Source: Mobula hypostoma (Eukaryota). From it: DNA of 64,000 nt. Position 1 is the first letter of the stretch. Each line of letters opens with the position of its first letter. A program made the translations under genes and the position numbers. Where the stretch lies: assembly GCF_963921235.1 (NCBI RefSeq), contig NC_086109.1, positions 10,294,001 through 10,358,000 on the forward strand, read 5' to 3'. Shown one piece after another: positions 1 through 11,943 of the stretch. Below the pieces are notes generated by a model. It did not search any database. It had not been told where the DNA came from and worked only from the letters and a program-made list of their open reading frames with translations.

Positions 1-364
1 TTCTCAAAGTCCAAGAATAGGAAACAAAGAATAAATTGTCAACTTTTCTTATTGCTTTTCACGGGAGTTCTGTTTTCTCTGAAGTGTGCTGTTAGAGGCT
101 GGTGGTTTCTTGGAATGCAGCCACAGAACAGGGGCACATTGAAACAACAGTAAGCTCATAAATTGCAAAGGGCTGCTAAAGCAGTCCTTTACTCAGACTC
201 TTCACAATTTTTTTGCGGATTTTTTCAAAGAACGTTCAGAAATATTCCGGTACATTTTAACCAATCTGCATTCAAGATTATCCATTGTTTACTGTCATTC
301 TTCAGTACACTAGAGTAAAGGAGAACACAATGATGGTTACTCTGGATCCAATACAGCATAAAAT

Positions 365-700
365 GGGAGATTCTGAGATGCTGGAAATTCAAAACACAAA
401 ATGCCGGAGGTGCTCAGCAGGCCAGGCAGCATCTATGGAAAAGTGTCAACAGTTGACATTTCAGGCTGAGACTGTTCTTCAGGACTTAGAAGGAAGGGGT
501 AAGATGCCAGAATAAAAAGGTGGGGAGGGGGAGGGGTAGGAGGCTAGACGGAAGGTGATTGCTGAAGCCAGGTAGGTGGAGAAGGTCAAGGACTGGAGAA
601 GAAGGAAGCTGACAGGAGAGGAGAGTGGACAGTAGGAGAAAGGGAAGGAGGAGAAGGTCCAAGAAGAAGTTTATAGGCGGGTGATAAGATGTGAAAGGTC
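365..700 (-). mobile_element. Old Penelope-type terminal (pLTR-like) fragment
   Basis: gatgctggaaatt...cagcaggccaggcagcatctatggaaa...caggact then a GA-rich block; homologous to the younger copies at 8.3, 26.1 and 40.4 kb. Confidence 0.65.
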
Positions 701-1334
701 AGAAAAAAAACAATAAGCATAAAGAACAATAAAAAATAAATACAAGTTTAAAGCAATCCTGCAAAACACAATGTACAAATAACTTGTATTCACCGAGTGA
801 TTGTCTTGGTGATGTGTATATTGTGGTGGAGTGGGTTAATGGGTGGAGATGTTGATCAAACAATCAGCTTTTTGAGTCTGGTAGTCCCAGTACGGATGCT
901 GTGTGGCCTCCTTCCTGATGGAATTGGGACAATCCATGAGCAGGGTGGGTGGGATCCTTCATATTTCTGGCTTCCCCCCCATCATGACAGAAGAACATAA
1001 TGATGTAATTTCATTCATTCTGTAAATTGGGCCAAGAAACTTAACAAAAGTCTAGTCTGTGGGCTTCGCTGGCATCTGGAATTTCATGTATCGAAACATG
1101 TAAGGGGGTTGGTATGATATCTTGATGTAAGAGCTCAGTTTTGTATGTTAAAGGGGTCTATAATCTGTCACCTATTGGACCCATTGAGAGCAGGTTGGTG
1201 GGGGGGGGAGGGGTCATAAGCATTTAATTCTAGCTTATTCTTCAGAACCAAGCAGACAGTAAAGTAGATTCCAGTGCAGATATAACAGGAAATCCAGCGA
1301 AATACAGCCAGGAATTAAATTACAGATATGCACA

Positions 1335-1690
1335 GGATGTTGAGAGATAGATTGTGGAAGGATTGAGGAAGGAAATCACAAGCAGACAATGCTGAGAGGG
1401 AGGGGCGAGAAGGGGAAGAGGGAATGAGTGAAAGAGACAAAAGAGAGTGCAATAGATGGAAAATCAGAGAGAGAAATGGGAAAGAAGGGAGAAAGAGAAA
1501 TACAGTGAGAGAGTTGGGGAGGTGAGGGAGAGGCAAAAAGAGGAACAGTTGGTCAGAAAACCAGAGAAAGAGTTGAGGTAGATGCAGGAAAGAGAGAACT
1601 AGAGAGAGAGAGAGAGAGAGAGACAAAATGAAGACTCGATATGAGAGAGAGGTAGGGGGAACGAGAGAATGAAAAGGGTGAGGGGTTGAG
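1335..1690. repeat. Purine-rich low-complexity tract with (GA)n microsatellite
   Basis: Almost pure A/G; (ga)n at about 1602-1622. Confidence 0.9.
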
Positions 1691-2124
1691 TTTGGAATGT
1701 ACCTAGCAGCCTCTCTTCTGAGCGTCTACAATGGAGCTGATGTCACTTCAATATTAAGCTGCAGCTCCTGCGCTGAATTTCAAGACGCTCTGTGCTGTTG
1801 GCTGGGAGTGAATCAATTTGCATTACCACAGGCTCGCACAGACTGTGGAAAGCACATAAGCAGGCTGTAAAAAACAACTAACATCTCCAGGCCCGTCTGT
1901 GATGGTCAGGAGGGCTCGTGTGACTTTTGCAATTAAAACTGTGCCCAGTTTCCCAATCCGTGCTCCCTCAACCCTGTACTAATGACATCCCCAGACCAGA
2001 CCAAACCCTTCCAACTCCGGGTTCACTCAGTTAGAATCTGGAACAGCTAAGCTGAAGGGACGTTAGGTCAGTGTTGTGCAGGCCCGATAGGGTGAGAGTG
2101 GAAAATGAATGAATCGGATGCACT

Positions 2125-2415
2125 GTATGGTAGCATGGTGGTTAGAGTAAACACTTTATTGTGCCGGTGGCCAGGGTTCAATTCCTGCCCCTGTCCGTTA
2201 GGAGTTAGTACGTTCTACTGTGTTGGTTACTTCCAGGTGCTCCAATATCTCCTACATTCCAAATGCACACAGGTTAGGGCTATGTTGGCACCACAAACAC
2301 AGCTGTGCTTGTGGGCTGCCCCCAGCACATCCTCAGACTGCATGATCTTTGTGGAAGCGATGCATTCTACTGTATGTTTCAATGTACATCTGACAAATAA
2401 AGCTAATTTTTAATC
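2125..2415 (+). mobile_element. tRNA-derived SINE
   Basis: A-box-like tagcatggtggttag, B box gggttcaattcc; body and tail (gtacatctgacaaataaagctaat) shared with 23135-23445 and 61830-62345. Confidence 0.75.
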
Positions 2416-2774
2416 GTAACACCCGGTAGTTCAGGCTAACAAAGACCCTCCTGGGCCCATCACTCCACCCGCTGGAAGTTAGTGGTACTGCAGCTGGCTT
2501 CACTCCGCTTCAAAACTTTTCCAGGACATATTGGAATTGGAAAAACTTTGAGCAGAGAACCATTCACCTTGTTGTAACTTTGTCACATGCCGCATCCTTA
2601 TGATTATCTCTGTTCTCAGATGTCAAGCACACAGACCGAATCAGCTCCAACCATCTTTTCAAGGAGAATATCGAGATCCCTGTGTGAGAAGCTATCTCCT
2701 CATCTTGCCTCTAGAAGTGACGATGGCATGGACGTTAACCTATTAGACTAACAACGTAGAGACAGGAATTCAAC

Positions 2775-3310
2775 TCTCTAGCGTAATGCTACTACAGCGC
2801 CAGTTGTATGATTGGGGTTCGATTCCCACCGCTACCTGTAAAGGAGTTTGTACATTCTCCCTGTGACATCACGAGTTTCTTCCGGGTGTTCCAGTTTCCT
2901 CCTGCATTCCAAAAATATGGGGATATGGCTGCTAAGTTGTGGGGGTGCTATGTTGGTACCTGAAGCACGGCAACACTTGCAGACTACCCACAGCACAATC
3001 CTTGCTGACGTACTTATTTATTTATTTGTTGGGATACTGCACAGAATAGGAGTTTCTGGCCTTTCAAGGCACACCACCCAGCAACTCCCTACGTAATCCT
3101 AGTTTAATCACGGGACAATTTATAATGGCCAATTAACCTACCAACCGGTATGTCTTTGGACTGTGGGAGGAAAATGGGGCACTTGGAGGAAGCCCACACG
3201 TTCCATGAGGACATACAGAGGCCCCTCACAGATGGCATCAGAATTGAACTACAGACTCCGACGCCCTGAGCCGAAATTGTGTCGCGCTAACCACTGCGCT
3301 ACCGTGGTGC
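2775..3310. mobile_element. Two tail-to-tail tRNA-derived SINEs (+ 2775-3010; - 3015-3310)
   Basis: B box ggggttcgattccc in the + copy; (ttta)n tail and caattaacctaccaacc body in the - copy. Confidence 0.7.
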
Positions 3311-3564
3311 CTTCTCCACCCATAATCTAATGGCGGAGAGGAAGAAGTTGTTTGCAAACCGTTAGTGTGTATCTTTAGGCCCCTGTACCTCCTCCCTGAT
3401 AGTAGCAATGAGAAGAGAGCATGTCCTCGGTGATGGGAGTCCTTCATGGGAGATGCTGCTTTCTTCAGGCACCGCCTTTTGAAGATGTCCTCGATGCTGG
3501 AAATGCCAATTTCTGCAGCTTACTCATGAAACAGCTGTAAATCCCGTCGGGTCACTGATGTCAT

Positions 3565-3920
3565 ATGAATCAGAATCACTTTATTGCCAATATGTGAAAC
3601 ATAACAGAATTGATTGTGGTTCAGTGCCAGGTATAAATAGCCATAGTCATAGTCATAGTCATACTTTATTGATCCCAGGGGAAATTGGTAAAACACAGGA
3701 CAATACTATAATAGACAACACAATAGGAACCAACCATTCACAAGACAATAGCACAAACAGCCACAAGCAATCAACAATTAGCAGAGTGGTCACATGCGCA
3801 AATGTCAATAATCAAACTTAAACTGTGAACATATGAACAGACCCAATAATGATCAACAGAACAAGGAGAGCAGGAAAGGCCATGTAATGGATGTTGTGCT
3901 GGGACAGTTAGGGGATTATG
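3565..3920 (-). mobile_element. LINE-type 3' end (sister of 39557-39900), interrupted by a short Rex1/Babar-like tail at about 3637-3690
   Basis: Sequence shared with 39557-39840 (acacaggacaa...ggagagcaggaaaggccatgtaa). The insert has the (catagt)n tail and ctttattgatccc. Confidence 0.7.
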
Positions 3921-4262
3921 AGGGAGGGAATCGGCTCTCCACACCCAGTTTGGCTAGTACCTGACCCCAGACCCAACAATGTAACTGACTCTCAAATAGC
4001 CTACAAAGCCACTCAATTCAAAGATGATAAGGAATTGGCAATATTTCATGAGTCTTAGATAAAACAGCAAGAAACAGGCTCGTCGGCCCAACTCAATGAA
4101 CACGTTATCTATTCCCATTCTATCAGATTTGACTCACATCCCCCATACTCTTCTAATCCATTTACTTACCCAAGTTTAAGATCGTTTATTGTCATCTGTC
4201 TACATATATACAACCAAATGAAACAATGCTCCTCCAGACCACGGTATGCCCACAGTGCATAG

Positions 4263-4395
4263 TGGCCATGGTTATGTTGGGCTCGGATTGGCTGTGGTCA
4301 GATTGGCCTTGAATTGGCAGTGGTCAGGTTGGGTTCAGAGAGGCCATGGTCAGATTTGGCTTGAATTGGCCCTGATCGGGTTGAGCTCAGATCAG
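4263..4395. repeat. Degenerate ~25-bp minisatellite (about 5 units)
   Basis: Recurring unit resembling tggc..tggtcagRttgg..tYgRat. Confidence 0.7.
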
Positions 4396-4609
4396 GTAAT
4401 GCTAATGGAGTCAGGCCAGGTGTGAATAAGAGAGCATCAAGCTGATACAGGACTTTGGCTTTTACTATTACCTAGGATGTTCTAGATACATTAATGTGGA
4501 ACATCTTTTCTTGCAGGTCTCTGCATTGTCCTGGGCAAGTGCTTAGTGCAGAGCTGATGAGGGAATTTGTTGACTTGACTTCATTAATTCTCTTTTTCTT
4601 CCTATTCAG

Positions 4610-4681
4610 GCAAACATGATTGCTTCTTCTGCAAGAGCAACAGTGAATTTCCGCCTTCACCCAGCTCACAGGCTAGAAGAG
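4610..4681 (+). CDS. PM20D1: PM20D1-like internal coding exon (72 nt, phase 0/0): ANMIASSARATVNFRLHPAHRLEE
   Basis: Pyrimidine tract + cag (4607-4609), donor gtattc at 4682. The peptide matches the PM20D1 segment recalled as FNVIPPVAQATVNFRIHPGQTVQE. Confidence 0.92.
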
Positions 4682-4774
4682 GTATTCTACATATCAATTA
4701 CAGAGCAGATGGAAATGGTGTTGGATGAGGCTTGGTGGCTAGCACTCTTATCTCTGTGCACCAAGTCTAGAGGA

Positions 4775-5235
4775 GGTTCATGAGAATAATCCCAGGAATG
4801 AAAGGGTTAATGTATGCTGGATTGGGCCTTTACTCACTGGAGTTCAGAAGAATGAGGGGTTATCTCATTGAAACCTGTCAAATATTGAAGGCCTAGATAG
4901 AGTGCATTTGGAAAGGATGCTTCCAATAGTGGGGGAGTCTAGGACCAGGGGGCACAGCCTCAGAATAGAGGGACGTCCCTTTAGAATGGAGATGAGGTTG
5001 AGGAGGAATTTCTCAAGCCAGAATGTGATGAAACTGGAATTCATTGCCACAGTCAGCAGTGGAGGCCAAGTGTATATATATATTTAAATTAGAGGTTGAG
5101 AGGTTCTTTGTGAGTAAGGGTGTCGAGAATTACGGGGTGAAGGCAAGCGAATGGGATTGTGAGGGATAATAAATCAGCCAGCGAGTACTCGATGGGCTGA
5201 ATGTCCTGTTCATCTCCCATGTCAAATGGTCTTAT
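4775..5235 (+). mobile_element. CR1-type LINE 3' fragment
   Basis: ORF2 C-terminal relic (ESRTRGHSLRIEGRPF...) followed by 3'UTR. Confidence 0.85.
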
Positions 5236-5634
5236 GTTCTAAGTCCCATCTCTCAACTGGAGTGCAAGGATTTAGGTGTCTATCAGAGGGTGTGGCACTG
5301 TCCGAGGTACCGTCATTCCCATGTCCAGACAGAAGAGATCCTCTTAGCTGTTATTTCAAAAGTTAACCAGCCAGTATACGTGTGTCAAACACAACTGAAA
5401 CAGATTCTCTAGGTTCAAGTTGGGCATGGCTGGGTTGGGTCTGGTTTGGAATGCCTATTTTCAGATTAGATTAACATTGGTTTGTAGCACAGAAACAGAA
5501 CACTTGGCCCATCGTCTTCATAACAACAATTTTGCCTATCTACACCAACCTCATTTGCCTGCAGTAGGCCAGCCTGTACTTTGCTTTGTCTACTCACCTG
5601 TGTGGTAAAATGACTTTTCAATGTATTGTTTGTA

Positions 5635-6474
5635 CACTTAGTGGCCACTTTATGAGGTACACCTGTATATCTGCTTGTTAATGCAGATATCTAATCAGCC
5701 AATCATGTGGCAGCAATTTAATAAATAAAAGTATACAGACATTGTCATGAGGTTCAGTTGTTCAGATCAAACATCAGAATGGGGGAAAATGCAATCTAAG
5801 TGACTTTGACTGTGGAATGATTGCAGGTGCCAGATGGGGTGATTTGAGTATCTCAGAAACTGATAGGATTTTCACACACAACAGTCTCTGGTGTTTACAG
5901 AGAATGGTGCAAAAATTTTTTAAAAATGCAGTGAGTGGCAGTTCTGTGGGCGAAAACACATTAATGAGAAAGGAATACTTTTCAACCCAGTGTGGTCTTT
6001 GCTGTTGTAGCCCATCCACTTCAAGGTTTGATGTGTTGTGCATTCAGAGATGTTCTTCTGCACACACATGGTTATTTGAGTTACTGTCACCTCCCTGTCA
6101 GCTCAAACCAGTCTGGCCATTCTCCTCTGACCTCTCTCATTAACACATTTTTGACCACAGAACTGCTGCTCACTGCATGTTTTTTTTTTGTCTTCTACAC
6201 TATTCTCTGTAAACTCTAGAGCTTGGTGTGAGTGAAAATCCCAGGACATCAGCAGTTTCTGAGATACTCAAGCTGCCCCATCTGGCACCAAAAATCATTC
6301 CACCAAAGTCACTTAGGTCACATTTCTTCCCCATTCTGATGTTTGATCTGAACATCTGAACCTCTTGACCCTGTCTGCATGCTTTTATGCACTGAGTTAC
6401 TGCCACACGATTAGCTGATTAGATATTTGCATTAACAAATGTACAGGTATACTTAGTAAAGTGGTCACCTCATG
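5635..6474. mobile_element. Non-autonomous Tc1-type element made of two inverted left halves
   Basis: TA + cacttagtggccactttatgaggtacacc at the left, its reverse complement at the right. The transposase N-terminal relic (MGKKCDLSDF...ISETAD) occurs on both strands. Confidence 0.8.
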
Positions 6475-6540
6475 TATTTTCTATAAGATCTCTGCCAGTC
6501 AGTTGTCCATCCTTCTGAACTGTGTTCTATCTTCTTTCAG

Positions 6541-6706
6541 CTCCTCCAGCAGATCCAGCATATTATTTCTGATGAGCGAGTTAAGATTGAAGTTCTACAA
6601 TCTAGTCCTCCAATTCCAATGAGTTCCTATGATGATGACGCCTTTGGGTACCAAGTTATCAAAGCAACAATTGGCAACATTTTCCCTGATGTGGCCATCA
6701 CTCCAG
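6541..6706 (+). CDS. PM20D1: PM20D1-like internal coding exon (166 nt, phase 0/1): LLQQIQHIISDERVKIEVLQSSPPIPMSSYDDDAFGYQVIKATIGNIFPDVAITP-G
   Basis: Acceptor tcttctttcag, donor gtaaga at 6707, frame continuous with the previous exon. Resembles the PM20D1 segment ...NIVADNRV...PLPVSPSDDKALGYQLL...VFPEV. Confidence 0.93.
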
Positions 6707-7139
6707 GTAAGAGAAGACAGGACCAAAATTAAAAAGTTTCCATCCCATTTTGTTTCAGAGGTTGCAATAACTGGAGTCACTCCGGGCTGAAGTTATTGAT
6801 CTCTGTGTCCGCTTGTTACTGACTGGATTCCCTGTAATGGAGGGAACTTCAGCCAATTTCACATGTGGATATGCTTATGCTGCATTCGTGAATAATGTGT
6901 TTTTGGAAGTTAACTTTGCATATCAATATAGTTTGGTCAGTATTGGATCCAGAGTAACAAGTATTTTGTTCTCTTTTACACTCATGCACTGAGCAATGAC
7001 AGTAATCAATCGTGAAACTTGATGTTATTAGAGGCTGTGGATTACAAAGAGAAAGGAGCTTTTGAATATTTCTTCACAAAATCCAAGAGAATCTGCGCAG
7101 CTCTCTCTATATCCACATCTTGAGATTTTGCAGACCTTC

Positions 7140-7735
7140 CTCTGGGCTTTATAAGGTGTTGGTCAGACCACATTTGGAGTATTGTGAGCAGTTTTGGGCC
7201 CCTCATCTATGAAAAGATGTGCTGGCAGTAGAGAGGGTCCAGGGGAGGTTCAAGAGAAAGATCCTGGGAATGAAAAGGATAATGTGTGAGGAGCATTTGA
7301 TGGCTCCTCACAATGCCTGTTCTTGCTGGAGTTCAGAAGAATGAGGAGGAATTTCGTTGAAACATACCAAATAGTTGAAAGTCCTGGATAGAGGGGACGT
7401 GGAGAGGATATTTCCTATAATGGGGGAGTTTAAGACCAGAGGGCAGGCCTCAGAATAGAAGGATATCCTTTTAGAACAGCGATAAGGAAGAATTTCTTCA
7501 GTCAGAATCTGGTGAACAGGAGGAAGTCATTGCCAAGGACAGCTATGGACACCAAGTCATTGGGCATATTTAAAGCAAAAAGTTGGTAGGTTCTTGATTA
7601 GTCAAGGTGTCAAAGGTTATGGGAAGAAGATACAAGAATGGGTTTGAGGTGGATAATAAATTAACCATGATGGAATGGCAGAGCAGACTCGAAAGGCTGA
7701 ATACCCTAATTTTGCTGCTTGGTCTGATGGTCTCT
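7140..7735 (+). mobile_element. CR1-type LINE 3' fragment
   Basis: Relic VRPHLEYCEQFWAP...ERVQ and a CR1 3'UTR. Confidence 0.85.
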
Positions 7736-8287
7736 ACTTTCCCCTCTAACACCAGTTTCTTACACATTCACCTCACTGGTGTGGCCCGTGATTTCTGGCA
7801 CCCGGACCCACTATTCTCACATCTCCTCCCTCGTCATTCTCAGCAGCACTTTCCCTAGCCTGTCCTTAAACCTAAACCAGTCCTGAGGCAGGGCCTCGGC
7901 CTGAAGCATCCACCATCTCTCACCCTCCACAGATGCTGCCTGATCTACTGAGTTCCTCCAGCAGTTTGATCTATATTCCTCCATCTGCTGTCTCCTTTGT
8001 CTCCTTGAAACTACAAATCATCTCTTTGAATGTTTCTTTCTTTGTCTTTTGTATTGTATCATGAGCAATGCTGACTGTACACTCAGTGGCCACTTTATTA
8101 GGTACGCCTGCTTGTTCATGCAAATATCTAATCAGCTAATCATGTGGCAGCAACTGAATGCATAAAAACATGCAGACATGGTGGAAGAGGTTCAGTTATT
8201 GTTCAGACCAAACATCAGAAGGGGGAAGAAATGTGATCCAAGTGACTTTGACTGGAATGATTGCTGGTGTTTGAGTATCTCAGATAC

Positions 8288-8569
8288 AACCGTAGTGATC
8301 CTCTCATATCCCCTTTGCCTATCACCTGTCCAGCTCTTGGCTCCATCCCTCCCCCTCCTGTCTTCTCCTATCATTTTGGATCTCCCCCTCCCCCTCCCAC
8401 TTTCAAATCTCTTACTAGCTCTTCCTTCAGTTAGTCCTGACGAAGGGTCTCGGCCCGAAACGTCGACTGTACCTCTTCCTACAGATGCTGCCTGGCCTGC
8501 TGCGTTCACCAGCAACTTTGATGTGTGTTGCTTGAATTTCCAGCATCTGCAGAATTCCTCGTGTTTGCG
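8288..8569 (+). mobile_element. Young Penelope-type terminal fragment with 13-bp TSD
   Basis: TSD gtatctcagatac at 8275-8287 and 8570-8582; near-identical to 26780-27015 and 40873-41149. Confidence 0.85.
8432..8469 (+). ncRNA. Minimal type-I hammerhead ribozyme motif
   Basis: agtc-CTGACGA-a-ggg(tctcgg)ccc-GAAA-C-GTC-gact: core boxes, 3-bp stem II, loopless palindromic stem III (ACGT), stem I agtc/gact. Predicted cleavage after C8464. Confidence 0.75.
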
Positions 8570-9264
8570 GTATCTCAGATACTGTTGGTTTTCTGGAATT
8601 TTCTCTAGAGTTTACAGAGAATGGTGTAAAAATACAAAGGCTCTCCAGTGAGTGGCAGTTCTGTGGGTGAAAATGCTTCATTAATGAGAGAGGTGAGAGG
8701 AGAATGGCCAGACTGGTTCAATCTGACAGGAAGGTAACAGGAATTCAAATAACCCAGTGGCATGGTCAGAAGAGCCCATCTGAAGCAGATGGACTACAGC
8801 AGCTGAACTACAGCAGCTGAAAACCACACTAGGTTCCACTCTTGCACCTAATAAAGTGGCCACCAAGTAAATATTTGCAAGTTTGTCATCCTTGTTTCGT
8901 CTTCTGAAATATACTACATGCATTTACTGATTCTGGCATCTACTCAACCACTGTGCAAACATTATTGTTCAAACATACAGAGTTCTGCAGCTGTTCCCAC
9001 TGTCTGTCATCACTGATTGCTGTCGTTAGATCACCCATGCGCATAGCAGCAGCAGACTTTAACCATTAACAAACCCTGGGGAGCACCTCGTCCCTTCCGA
9101 GTCGGAAACGCCTACCCCAGATCTTTACTTTCCAACTGTAGATGTTTTCTATCCATGCTGCCACATCTCCTCGCTAACGTGTTCCTGAAATGTCCAATAG
9201 GTCGCTTGGAAGACCCCTAATTTAGTGCCTGCGGAGAACAGGAGAGGCATGGAATTTTAAGACC

Positions 9265-9680
9265 ATTAGACCATAAAAGGTAGAAGCAGAATTATACCTA
9301 TTGGCTCCACCATTCCATCGTGGCCGATTTATTATCCTCCTCAGCCCCCATTCTCCTCCCCTCTCCCTGAAATCTTTGACACATTTACAAATCAAGAACC
9401 TATCAACCTCTGCTTTAAATATACCCAATAACTTGGCCTCCAAAGCCCTCGGTGGCAATGAATTCCATAGATTCACCATGCTTGGGCTTAAGAAATTCCT
9501 CCACACCTCTGTTCGAAAGGGACGTCCTTGTACTCTGAGGCCTAGGCTCCCCAGCTATAGGAAACATCCTCTCCACATCCGCTCTACTGAGGCCTTTCAA
9601 AATTCAATAGCTTTCACTGAGAGCCCCCCCCCCCCCATTCTTCTAAGCTCCAGTGAGTCCAGGCCCAGAGCCATCAAACA
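9265..9680 (-). mobile_element. CR1-type LINE 3' fragment
   Basis: Minus-strand relic VNLWNSLP...FKAEVDRFL. Confidence 0.85.
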
Positions 9681-10764
9681 GTTTCGATGGATTACTGATC
9701 CATGACTGCAATCTGGTTAAAAATAATCTTACAGAAATTCCAAACATAGCATCCTTTAACTACTCGTGCTTTTCCAGAGACCCACTGATCTAGGATTATG
9801 ACACAATTGGCAGCCATTCAGTCCATTGAGGTTATGCTAGATCCTTTTATGCCAATCCCATCAATGCCATTTTCCCTTCTTTCTCCATAGCCCGGGTTCT
9901 CACGTGCTTTCCCAACAACACTCCAATTATGAAGAACTACATTTAACAACCAGATTTAAATTGGTTTATTATTGTCACTTGTACTGAGGGACAGTGAAAA
10001 CCTTGTCTTGCATACCGTTCATACTGATCAACCCATTACAACAGTGCATTGAGGTAGCACAAGGTAAAAATCATAACAGACTGCAGAATAAAGAGTTACC
10101 ATTACAGAGAGCATGAGGGTAGACAATAATGTGCAAGGTCATAATGAGGAAGAGTTCATTTTATCATACTAGGGGACGATTCAATAGTCTTATAACAGTG
10201 GGATAGAGGCTATCCATGAGCCTGGTGGTTGTGTTTTCAGGCTTTCATATCTTCTACACAAGGAAAGGAGTGGAGGGTGAAAAGAAGGGTGTTTTAATTA
10301 ACACAGTAGAAGGTGTTGAAGATGTCTGTGCTTCTGCACACTCTCCAAAGTTACAACGAAGACGGAACCTCAAAAGTCTATATCCAGTGCCCTCTACTCA
10401 ACTCATAGCTTCTTAAATAAAAACCATGGAATTATTAAACATTACCTGCCTTCCAAAGTTGGCTTCAAACTTACTGTCCACCTCCAGAACATCTTTCACA
10501 GTTGCCCCTTCATTTAGCGATGGTCCATTAAAATTATACATTTCTTTCAAAAATTAAGAACAGAAATTCTTGGAAACAACAGGAATTCTGCAGATGCTGG
10601 AATTTCACAGAAATTGTTGGAAATGTTTTTCAGCCCTGATGTATTCTGTAAAAAGTGAAAAACAAAGTTAATGTTTCAGGTCAAAGACCATAATGTTCTG
10701 TGGAATGTGTTTTATGTTTTTGCTGTGCTAATTATTTATATAATTTCCTCCCCTTTGCATCCAG

Positions 10765-10864
10765 GCCTCTGCATTGCAAGTACTGACACCAGGCACTACC
10801 AGAACCTGACCACAGAACTTTACAGATTTACCCCAATGATCTTGAAGGAAGAGGACATTGCTCG
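10765..10864 (+). CDS. PM20D1: PM20D1-like internal coding exon (100 nt, phase 1/2): (G)LCIASTDTRHYQNLTTELYRFTPMILKEEDIA(R)
   Basis: Acceptor tttcctcccctttgcatccag, donor gtaaga at 10865. Carries the M20A TDxR and YRFxP motifs. Confidence 0.94.
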
Positions 10865-10964
10865 GTAAGATGCTGGTACAAGGGTACTGTTCATGTCTTA
10901 AGTATTCTCTTTATGAGTTCCACCTCAGCAGTTTATTGGTAATAGTATTGATTTATAACTGTCA

Positions 10965-11400
10965 TGAAAGCACAGGATGGGAAAAAGCAGCAAAGGGCCA
11001 TAAACTCAGCCAGCGCCATCACGGGTACAACCCTCTCCATCATCAAGGTCACATACAAAAAACAATGTCTCAAGAAGGTGTCACCCATGAACAAGGAACC
11101 CAACAACCAGGACTCGCCTTCTTCTCATTGCTGCCATCAGAGATGGAGTACAGGAGCCTAAAGACACACGCTCAACATTTTAGGAACAGCTTCTTCCCCT
11201 CTGCCTTCAGATTTCTGAACGGTCCACGAACCAGTGAACAGTCCCTCAGCGTTTTTGCTCTCTTTTTGCAGTGCTAAGTTTTATATTGAAGTTTCTTATT
11301 GTAATGTGTTTTTTTTATGTATTGCACTATGCTGCCGCCGCAGAGCAACAAATCTCGCGACACATGTGAGTGATAATAAACCTGCTTCTGATTCTGAGGT
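10965..11400 (+). mobile_element. L2/Rex-Babar-like LINE 3' fragment
   Basis: Relic FSLLPS...YRSLKTH...FRNSFFPSA and an aataaacctg(attctg) tail. Confidence 0.7.
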
Positions 11401-11631
11401 ACAGTGAAGTCTAAAATCACGTAGCACCAGGCTCCAGGATAGCTTCTATCCTGTTGATGCAAGACTGTTGAATGATCCGCTAGTACAATAAGGTGGACTC
11501 TTGACACAACCTCTCTCCTTGCACCTTACAGTCTGCCTGCACTGCACTTCTCCAGTAGCTGTAACACTTTATTCTGCATTCTGTTACTGTTTTCCCTCGC
11601 ATTAAATGCATGGTTTTCATGAAACATTGGT

Positions 11632-11943
11632 TGTCAGGAAATGTAGAGGAGGCTTGACTCAAACACAAAGCAGCAGAGATGATTTAGCAGCGAACTAGAG
11701 CTTTAAAAATAAACTGTAAAGTAATAAGCCACAAGAGGCCACAAACCACATGAAAACGGACACTAAACACAACCAGGCAACAAGGCAGGAGCAAGTGGTT
11801 GGGGCTGGCTGGTTGGATGGGTGAACAAGGCGTGCAGATGAGAGCTGGGTTTAAATAGGTTGCAGGTGATGAGTTGGAAATGAGTGGCAGGTGACTCATG
11901 GCTGGGTGGAGACTGGGAGCTGCCTGCCTGTGCAGGTCTGAAA
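11632..11943 (-). mobile_element. Possible solo LTR (Gypsy-like)
   Basis: Starts tgtcag and ends ctgaaa (imperfect inverted terminus); minus strand has cacctgc and tatttaaaccc motifs. No TSD is readable. Confidence 0.45.

Larger units (their letters stand above)
8080..8868 (+). mobile_element. Non-autonomous Tc1-type element interrupted by a Penelope-type insertion
   Basis: TIR cactcagtggccactttattaggt / acctaataaagtggccac; transposase HTH relic. Confidence 0.85.

Noticed and set aside
2620..2690. Candidate upstream PM20D1 exon after ctctgttctcag
   Set aside because: No frame resembles the expected preceding exon (RTTTA...AGVK), which presumably lies before the window.
4505..4530. Acceptor-like ttttcttgcag|gtctctgcattg resembling the start of exon 10765
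   Set aside because: Similarity is limited to about 14 nt and the following sequence shows no PM20D1 homology; likely coincidence or a cryptic site.
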